DNA of 63,968 nt, filler included. It is 6 parts of 6 records of this genome, joined end to end, with 100 filler letters (N's around TTAATTAATTAA, not from the genome) between each part and the next. Parts side by side here need not be neighbours in the genome. Positions count along the whole stretch, not along the records: positions 19,959 to 35,905 come from DRR723986_10280; 5 more parts are not named here. One strand, written 5' to 3'. Within the stretch, counting starts at the first letter, position 1. Each line of letters starts with the position of its first letter. Positions 19,989 through 29,000 of the stretch are shown here, piece by piece. Below the pieces are notes generated by a model. The model saw nothing but the letters and a program-made list of their open reading frames with translations, was not told where the DNA came from and ran no database searches. Both the position numbers and the translations under genes were made by a program.

Positions 19989-20624
19989 TTCGGAAAGTCG
20001 CTGCATCACTAACACAGTTCTGAATTCTGCCGGACTGTTGGTGCGGCTTGAGAAGGTGTTGTCGAAAAACTCTGCGGTCTTCGCGCAAACAGCTTCATTG
20101 TCTGCGTCTGATGCTTTCAAGGGATCGTCGATGATGTGGATATGAGCGCCTTGCCCAGTCACACCCCCATCGACCCAAACTGCCTTGCGGAAACCTCCTT
20201 CAGACAAATGGGTTTCTGATTCCGTGTCCTTTGCCGGTTTGTTTGCAAACACAGGAAAGATCGCCTGGATTTCCGGATGGGAAATCAGCTTTCGGAATGT
20301 CCGGTGGATGGATGTCGCCAGATCCTGCGAATAGCTGGCGACCAGGATACGCAAGGTAGGGTCGTGCCCCAGCAAGAAGGCTGGCCATGCAACCGATATG
20401 ATCTCTGACTTCAATGAGCGAGGTGGCATCAGGACCATGAGATTGCGATTATCACCATCCCGGACACGGTCCATTTGGTAACATATCGCGTCGATATGAT
20501 AGTTGTCCTTGAGTGGTTCTCCGGGATGGAGGCACTCATAACATTTTCTGGCAAAGGTGCCAAAATCCAGTCGGCATGCTGCATAAATTTCGGCTTTGGT
20601 GGGCGTGGACTCAGTCGGAGTCAT
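19989..20624 (-). CDS. Terminase large subunit-like ATPase, N-terminal part (interrupted)
   Basis: MPPRSLKS (Walker A), ILVASYSQDLA, IIDDPLK (Walker B) and VMQRL motifs; ATG 20624 after AAGGAGG. Confidence 0.82.
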
Positions 20625-21003
20625 TTTGTCCCTCCTTTGATACCAGGGTTCTTGCCAGGAACTTCTTGAGGAGCGCTTCATCCTCTGCCGTCGCCGGCAT
20701 ATTGGCGGCGGTCATACCGGTATCCTGTGGCAGGTGTATAGCGGCGAGCTTCAGCAGCTCCGCAAGGGCTTTGACGTTGCCCGAAAGTGCATCATTTACG
20801 AGTTTCATGACCGCAGCCTCGAGCTTTGTCGTCCTGGTTTTCTTACCTTGGACCCTGATCTCGATCTTCGAAGCGAGTTCCTTCTGGATGACCGACCTAA
20901 GCGATTTCGCGCCCTTTGGCCGGCCCTGCGGGTTGCCGGACTGGCCGGGTTTGAACTGCGACTTCTTGGGCGGCTTGCTATAGCCAATGGGCTCCTTGCT
21001 CAT
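20611..21003 (-). CDS. DUF5681-like protein (candidate terminase small subunit)
   Basis: IGYSKPP..QFKPGQSGNPQGRPKG motif; ATGA overlap with the MTase stop. Confidence 0.82.
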   Translation of the reverse strand: MSKEPIGYSKPPKKSQFKPGQSGNPQGRPKGAKSLRSVIQKELASKIEIRVQGKKTRTTKLEAAVMKLVNDALSGNVKALAELLKLAAIHLPQDTGMTAANMPATAEDEALLKKFLARTLVSKEGQNDSD

Positions 21004-22355
21004 GCCTCGCCCTCCTTGTCCGGAGGTGGCAGGAGCAAAGTAGCCGGTGCGGGCAGGGCGATGACGCCTGGCGGGCTGGGTCTCTCCAGCAAGGCTTTGC
21101 AGCCCGTCATCTCCTCCCATCGCCGCACTGCGACATCACAATACTTGGGCTCCAGTTCGATGACGCGGGCGCGGCGATTGGTGCGCTCGGCAGCGAGGAT
21201 GAGTGTGCCGGAGCCACCGAAGCCGTCGATGCAGATGTCACCTGGCGCAGAGGCATCCAGGAGGGCGTCCGCGACCATGGCGACGGGTTTCACCGTTGGA
21301 TGATCGGCGAGGTCCTGGTCGCGACCTTTGCGGAATGTATTGGCACCAGGATAAGACCATACGTTCGAACGGTTCCGGCCGAACCGGCCGAGTTGAACAT
21401 TGTTGAGATGAGGTGCGATGCCAACTTTGTAGACCAGGAATAACTCGTGACGGGATCTGTAGAATGAACCCATGCCGGCATTGGTCTTGGTCCAGACGAT
21501 CATGTTGAGGTAATCATCGTAGATCGGGTCAGCGGCTGCGAAGAGTTCGCGCAGATGCCTGTGGTCGATTGCAATTAAGTGCACTCCGCCGTCGAGTGTG
21601 CAATTAATTGCATTCTGGAGGGCGGCGGTGAGGAACCCGGTGAATTCATCGGAAGTCATTTCACCGGACGCCATGGCGAACTCATCGTGACCTTTGGATG
21701 AAACGTGCCCCCGGATCCGGACATTGTAGGGCGGATCGGTAAAGCAGACGCGCGCGACCTCGCCACGCATCAGACGGTCCCAGATCGCCGCTTCCAGGCA
21801 GCTGCCACAGATCAGGCGGTGATCACCGAGGATCCAGACATCGCCCGGTTGGGTGACCGGGATAGTCGGGGGCTGAGGAACAGGAGGCTCATCCTCAGTT
21901 TCGTCGTCTGGACCGATCACAAGATCGATTTCGCCGATGTCGAAGCCTGTGGTTTCGAGATCGATGTCGCAGCCCATCTCGACCAGCATCGAGAGTTCCT
22001 GCTTCAGGGTGGGGCGATCCCATGATCCGTCTTCCACCAATTTGTTCGATGAGAGAACGAATGATGCTTTCTGATCCGGCGACATATGAGAAACGCGGAT
22101 GGCCGGGATGAACTCCAGGCCGATGAATTGGTAGGCCTTCACCCTTTCATGTCCGGACAGAATTGTGTTGTGTTCGTCGATGATGATCGGATCAAGCAGG
22201 CCAACATCCTGAATGGATTTGATCAGCTTCTTGAGTTTGCTGGCCGAATGCCGGCGGGCGCGCCGTGGGTAAATGATCAATGTCGCAATTGCGACGCGTA
22301 TGACCGTCGGCATAAACCCATTCAAATACGGGTCGGGTTCGGGCGTGTTGCCCAT
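21000..22355 (-). CDS. ParB/Srx-N fused beta-class DNA amino-methyltransferase
   Basis: N-terminal PIIIDE..ILSGHER; DPPYN (motif IV) before HPTVKP and DGFGGSG (motif I). Confidence 0.92.
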   Translation of the reverse strand: MGNTPEPDPYLNGFMPTVIRVAIATLIIYPRRARRHSASKLKKLIKSIQDVGLLDPIIIDEHNTILSGHERVKAYQFIGLEFIPAIRVSHMSPDQKASFVLSSNKLVEDGSWDRPTLKQELSMLVEMGCDIDLETTGFDIGEIDLVIGPDDETEDEPPVPQPPTIPVTQPGDVWILGDHRLICGSCLEAAIWDRLMRGEVARVCFTDPPYNVRIRGHVSSKGHDEFAMASGEMTSDEFTGFLTAALQNAINCTLDGGVHLIAIDHRHLRELFAAADPIYDDYLNMIVWTKTNAGMGSFYRSRHELFLVYKVGIAPHLNNVQLGRFGRNRSNVWSYPGANTFRKGRDQDLADHPTVKPVAMVADALLDASAPGDICIDGFGGSGTLILAAERTNRRARVIELEPKYCDVAVRRWEEMTGCKALLERPSPPGVIALPAPATLLLPPPDKEGEA

Positions 22356-22358
22356 CGA

Positions 22359-22425
22359 AGTCTCCTTTGTAACGCGAACGAAACCTTCGGAATTTTCCGA
22401 GAGTTTCGTCGGCGTACTGGAGACT
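22359..22425 (-). promoter_or_regulatory. Long 5'-leader hairpin sequestering the MTase RBS
   Basis: Nested pairings AGTCTCC/GGAGACT, GTA.CGC/GCGTAC, ACGAAAC/GTTTCGT and TCGGAA/TTCCGA. Confidence 0.75.
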
Positions 22426-22561
22426 GACCGGCGTGCCCGACAGGAGCGTATTGAGCACCCCGGTATTGCGCCGGGGCCGGTAAGATCAGCGTGCCGTCAA
22501 TTTGATGACTGAACCTGTCGATGGCAAGGGCTGCATGATTCGGTCGAGTGGCGCAAGAGCG

Positions 22562-23167
22562 TTATTCCTTGGAATAGGCCGATGTAACCGCATCCCGAAA
22601 CGCCTTCAGCTCGTTGATGTGAAACCGTCCATCCCGGTCGACGCCGGATTGTCCCTGGATGCGAAAAGCGAAGACCGTCTCATCTTTGGCTTCCATGTCC
22701 GAGATGACCTGGTCCAGTTCTTCGGGCGTGAATTCAAACACCATGTCTTCCCGGTGCATGCAGCCATAGGAGGAGCAGCGATTGGCATTGAACGATACGC
22801 GCTCGACCGGCCGCGTTGAGAGCGTATGTTGGAAGGTTACAGAGACCGGGTGAAGCCAGGTACCGTTGATGTCGCTGGTGACATAGCCCTGCAGGGCGAC
22901 ATGTCCCGCATCGCGAAACTTGTAGCCGCGAAGGAACTGATCTTCCTGCGGGCCCCAGACAAACTGGAAATCCTGGTAAGCGCCGCGCGTGTTGATTTCG
23001 ATGGAGGGATTGAGCGGTTCATCCACAACGCTCACGCCGGCAGCAAAGTCCGGCTCCGTCATGGCGAGGAAGGCATTCTCCCGTTCTTCAAGTGTCTCGG
23101 TGACAGCGCATCCGGATAAGACGAGGGCCAGGGCAGGGGCGGCGAGCGAGATTTTGTGGGTCAGCAT
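22562..23167 (-). CDS. Lipoprotein of unknown function
   Basis: Lipobox LSGC; RBS AAGGAG; C-terminal CSSYGC pair. Confidence 0.8.
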   Translation of the reverse strand: MLTHKISLAAPALALVLSGCAVTETLEERENAFLAMTEPDFAAGVSVVDEPLNPSIEINTRGAYQDFQFVWGPQEDQFLRGYKFRDAGHVALQGYVTSDINGTWLHPVSVTFQHTLSTRPVERVSFNANRCSSYGCMHREDMVFEFTPEELDQVISDMEAKDETVFAFRIQGQSGVDRDGRFHINELKAFRDAVTSAYSKE

Positions 23168-23235
23168 GGAAACTCCTTTTGCATTCAATGAGTCTCATTA
23201 CCGCTCAGCTCGCGCCGGAACTCAAGCGAAAAAGA

Positions 23236-23266
23236 GACTCATAGTCTGTAGATCAATCGACAGCAT
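23236..23266 (+). promoter_or_regulatory. C-box (controller protein operator)
   Basis: GACT-CAT-AGTC-TGTA-GATC-AAT-CGAC-AGCAT, 18 nt before an ATG with no SD; matches PvuII/AhdI-type C-box architecture. Confidence 0.8.
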
Positions 23267-23284
23267 CAGCGTCGCTTGGGCGCC

Positions 23285-23494
23285 ATGGATATCCGCAAGA
23301 AATTTGGCAAACGGCTCCGTGCCCTGCGGGAAGAGCGAGGCTGGTCGCAGGAAGAGTTTGCCGATCGGGCAGGACTCCACAGGACCTATGTGTCAGCCGT
23401 TGAGCGAGGTGTGCGCAACCCCACGCTTTCTGTGTTGGAGCGGCTGGCGAAGGCGCTCGGCGTGTCGATGGCAGAACTGGTTCAGGCGATCTAG
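23285..23494 (+). CDS. XRE-family HTH protein, C (controller) protein type
   Basis: FGKRLRALR..SQEEFADRAGLHRTYVSAVERGVRNPTL motif. Confidence 0.88.
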   Translation: MDIRKKFGKRLRALREERGWSQEEFADRAGLHRTYVSAVERGVRNPTLSVLERLAKALGVSMAELVQAI

Positions 23495-23573
23495 GCTGGC
23501 GACCTGACTTTCCTGCAGCTTCTCCACTCTGACGCGGGTTGAGTGCCCGATCCAAAGCCGTCATCTTTCCCTC

Positions 23574-24284
23574 ATGTGTGGCAAGTTCTCTTACATGGCG
23601 ACCTGGGCCGAAGTGCACAGCTTCTCGCAGCCACTTGCCGCGCGTCCCAGCAATGCGCCGGAAGAGACAGCCACACCCATGCGCCGTGCACCGGTCATGC
23701 ACCTTGGCGATGGCAGTCGCACTATGACGGAAATGCGCTGGGGGTTCACGAGAGAGCGGCACGGGCGCCTCTATCCCGATCACATCCATGCGCGGGACGA
23801 CAAGCTGCTCTCGTCCCGTCTATGGCGCCCGCATTTTGAAGAGCGGCGCGGCCTGCTCATCGTCAACAGCTTCAACGAGGGTGAAGAGGTCCCGACCTAC
23901 AAACCGGACCGCGTTACACCGACCGGCAATACGAAGACCGTCCAATGGACGATCCGGCCGAAGGATGGCTCGCGCCTGGCGATTGCGGTTATCTACCGGG
24001 AGGCCCCTTCACCCGATGGGGCGGTGATGGAATTTGTGATGTGCACGACGCTGGCCAACAAGGGGATATCCGAATTTGTCATTGGCGATCCGGACCAGCG
24101 TATGCCGGCGGTCCCGAATGAATCCGACATACCCGTCTGGCTGGGGGAGGCGCCGGCCAGCCTCGAAGAGGTGCGCGCCTGTCTTCGTCCCTATGAAGAT
24201 GATGGAGCCTGGGACATGCGACCTGAAGAGCACGGCAAGTCACCAGCTAAGCACAGGGCATCCGGCCAGGGCGACCTTTTTTAG
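23574..24284 (+). CDS. SOS response-associated peptidase (SRAP/YedK/HMCES-like)
   Basis: N-terminal MCG; MRWG, HAR, FNE and RMP motifs; C-terminal QGDLF. Confidence 0.85.
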   Translation: MCGKFSYMATWAEVHSFSQPLAARPSNAPEETATPMRRAPVMHLGDGSRTMTEMRWGFTRERHGRLYPDHIHARDDKLLSSRLWRPHFEERRGLLIVNSFNEGEEVPTYKPDRVTPTGNTKTVQWTIRPKDGSRLAIAVIYREAPSPDGAVMEFVMCTTLANKGISEFVIGDPDQRMPAVPNESDIPVWLGEAPASLEEVRACLRPYEDDGAWDMRPEEHGKSPAKHRASGQGDLF

Positions 24285-24353
24285 GCGTGTGCCTGAGCGT
24301 TCCACAGGAAAATTGGCGGGACGCCTTGCCTTTTACCGGATCAAGGAGAAAAA

Positions 24354-24368
24354 GAACAAAACAAGAAC
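24354..24368 (+). promoter_or_regulatory. Alphaproteobacterial LexA (SOS) box
   Basis: GAAC-AAAACAA-GAAC, 23 nt upstream of ATG 24392. Confidence 0.8.
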
Positions 24369-24391
24369 AATAATTCAGAAGGAGACGCCAA

Positions 24392-24646
24392 ATGGGGCGC
24401 TACAAATCTGTCCTCATGGCGGAGCAGGATGCGCGGGATTTTCCGCACCACGTGTTTGTTCCCGTTCCTCCGAACGGACTTGGAAAACGTATGGATACTA
24501 TTGCCGCCTGGATAGATTTGAACGTTGGGCCTGACTGGCGGATGCATGGGCATCTTGGGAAAGACGGTCACATGGCTTGTTACATGTTCAGGTCAGCGGA
24601 AGAGGCGGGGGTGTTTCAGGCGGCGCTGGAGGCGGGGGAGGTTTAA
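24392..24646 (+). CDS. Small hypothetical protein, probably SOS-inducible
   Basis: 84-aa ORF with strong RBS AAGGAG and an upstream SOS box. Confidence 0.75.
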   Translation: MGRYKSVLMAEQDARDFPHHVFVPVPPNGLGKRMDTIAAWIDLNVGPDWRMHGHLGKDGHMACYMFRSAEEAGVFQAALEAGEV

Positions 24647-24872
24647 TGTGTGGAATGGCGGTTTGGCGATCATCGGCAAGGTGAGCTGCCATAATTCGGA
24701 GTTATTGGGGGCTTCCTTGAGCGCGAGCTGGCATGATGCTCGCTAAGTGTACTGACGGTTCGAATATCGCTTTCACCCAATGTGCAGATCCCGTCGCGGC
24801 TAGGGGCTCTGTCAGACACCCCGGGCGGGCCCGCCGAAATGTTCGTAAGCAGATAATAGGGGCGGAACGGGA

Positions 24873-25343
24873 CTACCGTTCCACGCAAATGAATTTCATA
24901 TGAGCGATGTTCCCGCCTTCCGGCAGGTCCGGGAGCGCTGCGCGCGGATCGGCGACTGCGGCTTCTTCAGCGCCGTCAAGCACGAGCTGGCTGAGAATGT
25001 CCGACATGGAAGCAGCATAGGTTCCGTCTGCAGCACCGTCGCAGGTATAGGGCAGGGCCCCGTCTGAAAATTCTGTTGACGGCCTGAGGCTGAGACTGAT
25101 GTCGCTGCAATAGGAGTTTGCCGCGAACTGGGCCGTATCGGCAAGCGCCTCGCAGGAGCGATCTGGTCTCTTCGTCGTTATGACCAGGACCCCGCCCTCG
25201 CGCTCGCCGGCAAGTCGTGTGATGCAGCTGCCGGAATAGGTGCCGCTATAGTCGCAAGCTTTGTCCCCAGCGGGTTCGGCGGCAGCCGGCTGGGACAAGA
25301 GGCAAAGGGCAGCAAGGCCCGACAGGCTCAGATATTGCGACAT
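24873..25343 (-). CDS. Secreted cysteine-rich hypothetical protein
   Basis: Signal peptide MSQYL..PAAA; six Cys in the mature part. Confidence 0.65.
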   Translation of the reverse strand: MSQYLSLSGLAALCLLSQPAAAEPAGDKACDYSGTYSGSCITRLAGEREGGVLVITTKRPDRSCEALADTAQFAANSYCSDISLSLRPSTEFSDGALPYTCDGAADGTYAASMSDILSQLVLDGAEEAAVADPRAALPDLPEGGNIAHMKFICVER

Positions 25344-25515
25344 GGTTTCGCCCCGTTCGATCTCTTGGAGCGGCCAGTGTTCGTCGAGATTCAGAATTTT
25401 TGCAAGCGCCAAAATTCGACTTTAAATCGAACGATATGTGTACGAATTATAACAATTGACAGGTGCGGGGGATGCTCGTTTAGGTGGCATTGCAGTTTTG
25501 GGGCAGGGGGTGCCG

Positions 25516-25923
25516 GTGAAGTTATTTGTGGCCATTGGCCTTTGTCTGGTCGCTCTTCTTCCTGTCGCTCGGGCTCAGACCGCAACCGCGACTTACACCT
25601 ATGACGCGCTCGGCCGCCTGACGGGAAGCGCCAGCACTCCGCTGCCCCCGCCAGCAAGTAACCAGGCGCCTGTCGCTCAGGACGCTTACTATGTTTGTGA
25701 TGCCCATGAGAAAATCATCATCCATGCCTGGCATGTCTCGACGGATCCCGACGGGGATTTGCTCACATATGACTATGTCTCTCAGGGCGCCCTGTCGAAT
25801 GGCAACCAGACCCTGACGATCTGGTCCTCATCAACACACGGGGCTTCCATTTTTATCAACTATACCGTGTCGGACGGCCATGGCGGGACCGATTCCAGCG
25901 TCATCACCTTGTACTCAGAGTAG
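25516..25923 (+). CDS. Small secreted protein: single YD repeat plus Ig/cadherin-like domain
   Basis: Signal peptide (..ARA|Q), TYTYDALGRLT, Pro linker, then NQAPVAQD..DPDGD.LT..YTVSDGHGG. Confidence 0.75.
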   Translation: MKLFVAIGLCLVALLPVARAQTATATYTYDALGRLTGSASTPLPPPASNQAPVAQDAYYVCDAHEKIIIHAWHVSTDPDGDLLTYDYVSQGALSNGNQTLTIWSSSTHGASIFINYTVSDGHGGTDSSVITLYSE

Positions 25924-26008
25924 CCTTTTTCCTGCTGTCCAGCAGTAAGGCTGCCAAACCGGGCGCACCCTGCTGTTTACCCAGACATCCATTGAGCCGA
26001 GGAAGCCA

Positions 26009-29000
26009 ATGCGCCTGAAGTTTTCGAGATTTTTTGCGTCGGTGATAATTGCGTCGCTTGTGTCGGGAGGGCTGGCCGAGTGCTTTGCGCAAACAGCGCC
26101 GCCGCCGAAGACCGAACTCGAGAAGCGCCAAGGCGCAGAATACCGTCTGACGGCCTTCGGTCCGGACCTGATGGGCGATGGGATAGATCCCCACACCGGA
26201 ACGATCCAGTTTTCGCAAACGGATGTCAGCCTGCCGGGCAATTTCCCGTTGGAAGTCGCGATTCGCCGTAAACGTAGTCAGGGCCGCTTCTACCAACCGG
26301 GCGTTGCCGTCGAATTTGGAGACTGGCAGCTGGATGTGCCTCGCATCAACGTGGTGCTGGCTTCGTCCATAAACTGGACTGGCAACCGTTGCTCCATGTC
26401 GTTCGGGTCGTATTTTACGCCGGTCTATCAGGGCGGCACGCAGTTTACCGCATCGAAGTACTCAAACGGGGTTATCCTCGATGCAGGCGGATCGCCGGGC
26501 CAGCAGGTCATGCAATCACCGCAGGGCGCACAATGGCCGGCAGGTACAACGCATGTGACCGTCGATGACTGGAGGCTCAACTGCATCACAGCTTCGGATG
26601 GCGGGCAGGGCTTCCTGGCTTATGCGCCGAATGGGGATCAGTACCGGTTCGATCGCTATTACAAGATCGATACAGAGGCCCTCGGAGCGGAGAGTCCGAC
26701 AGGGCCGTGGATTCCGCGTAAGCGGCACATTCTTGCCGCGACGCAGGTGACCGATGTCAATGGCAACACGGTCAATTACAATTACGATTCATCCAACAGG
26801 CTGACATCGATTGTCGCGAGTGATGGCCGACGCATCGATCTTGCCTATAGCGGTTCAGGAAAACTGATTCAGAGCGTCACCGCAAATCCGGGAGTCTCAG
26901 GTGAGCGGGAGTGGGTTTATACTTACGGGACGGTTTATACATCCTTTGACCAGGAGCCCAATGTCGGCATTACAAACGCCTTGACGTCCGCAACGCTTCC
27001 GGACGGCAAGTCTTGGACTTTCGATATTGCCGGGATGGCCGCCAACCCGGGGCTTGGCCTGCACTGTCCGCAAGCCGATCAGACCCTCACGATGACCCAC
27101 CCCTACGGCACTGTGGGTGTGTTCAAGCTGAAAGAGCGCCGGCACCGGCAGAGCCTCAACGAGCAGGACCAGATCCGCGAGACGTGTCCCAACGAAGACG
27201 TCAGCGGCGGCGATCCGAGCCTCAACCCGTACAAGCTGCGCGTCGCGCGCATCATGTCGACGGTCGAGAAGCGCCTTACCGGTCCGAACCTGCCGGCTAT
27301 GGTCTGGCTGTACGACTACGAAAGTGACCAAGGCGACCCGGGGTCGTCCGCCAGCGACCCGACGAACTGGTCCAAGGTTCTCGACCCTGAGGGCCACCAG
27401 ACAAAATATTACCACCGTTGGACCCGGGATCCGCTTGGCGGAAAGCTCGTCAAGAAGGAAGTCCGCGATACGCCGAGCAGTCCGGTTCTCGAGACAACAA
27501 CTTATTCCTATGTGCAGGAGGCGTCCATTGGGTCGCCTGTGTCCGGGTTTGCACACGCGACGACCTCGTTCAAGAAGACCCTAATCGACACCGTGACCAT
27601 CGCGCGCGAAAGCTATACGATGTCGACGCAGTCGAGCTACGACAACAGTTTCTCGTCCGCGACCTACAGCTTTGGGAACCCGACGACGATCGTCCGGGGG
27701 TCCAGCCTCGGCGGCAATCGCACGCAGACCCTCACCTATGAGCACAACAAGACGAAATGGGTCTTGGGGCTTCCGCTGACGTCGACTTTCAATGGCCGGC
27801 TCTACGACAGCTATCATTATGACGCGTATGGCCGCGCGGACCTTCAGTACAAGTATGGCGTTCTGGCGCAAACCTATGCCTACGAAACCGCAACAGGCGC
27901 AAAAGGCGCGCTCAAGTCGGCAAAGAATGCCCTCAATGAAACGGCCACCTTCAATCAATGGAAGCGCGGCATCCCGCAGCAAATCATCCGGCCGGATCTG
28001 ACAAGCATCACCCGCGTCGTCGATAATAATGGCTGGGTCACATCTCAGACGGACGCAAAAGGGACGACGACGGGGTTCACGTACAACGCCATGGGGTGGT
28101 TGACGTCCATTAATGTTCCCTCTCCCTGGGCTGATGCGACGCTGACCTATACCGGGCTCGGGACGACCAATGCCTATTCGACGGCGACGGTCGGTACGAT
28201 CGAGACGGTCGTCTGGTACGACGCATTCCTCCGTCCGTACAAGGTGCGCACACGTCCAATCAGCGGCGGCGGGCTGACGAGCTTCATCAAGACGACCTAT
28301 GACGGGCTGGGGCAAACTGTCTTCACCTCGCTGCCGTCAACCTCGTCTAATCCGACGACCGGCACAGAAACGGAATATGATGCCCTGGGGCGCGTCCTGA
28401 AGGTCAGGGACAATATCACAAATGGCTTCACGGCGACCGCGTACCTGACAAATGGTCAGACGCAGGTCACGGATCCAAAGGGCAATGTGACTACAACGAC
28501 GAGCCGGTTCTATGGGGCGCCTGACACGGCCGAAGTGACGCAGATCGTCCAGCCTCTGGGTCTCACATCGACCTTTAGCTATGACACCTGGGGCAACATG
28601 ACCCTTCTGAACCAGTCCGGTTCCCAGAATGGCTATACGTCCAACATCAACCGGCAGTTCTGGTACGATACGCGCAACAGGCTCTGCCGGCACAGGGCGC
28701 CGGAGCTGGGCGATGAGCTCTTTGGTTATGACGCGCTCGATCGGTTGACAAAGAAGGCGAGTGGGCAATCGGCGGCCAGCGGTTGCGTGACGACTTTGCC
28801 TGCCGCGGCCACAACGACAACCGTCTATGACGAGATGGGCCGGGTCACGGACATCAACTTCCCGTCCGGATCGGGCACGCCGAACATTGTCAAAGACTAT
28901 GACGATAACGGCAATCTGACATCGGTTACCCGGAACGGCATTGCCTGGGCCTACGACTATAACGCGCTCGATATGCTGGATGAGGAAGAGCTCCAGCTCG

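Noticed and set aside
21000-23494. Complete type II restriction-modification system
   Set aside because: No endonuclease-like ORF is visible and the MTase is the ParB-fused, terminase-linked type.
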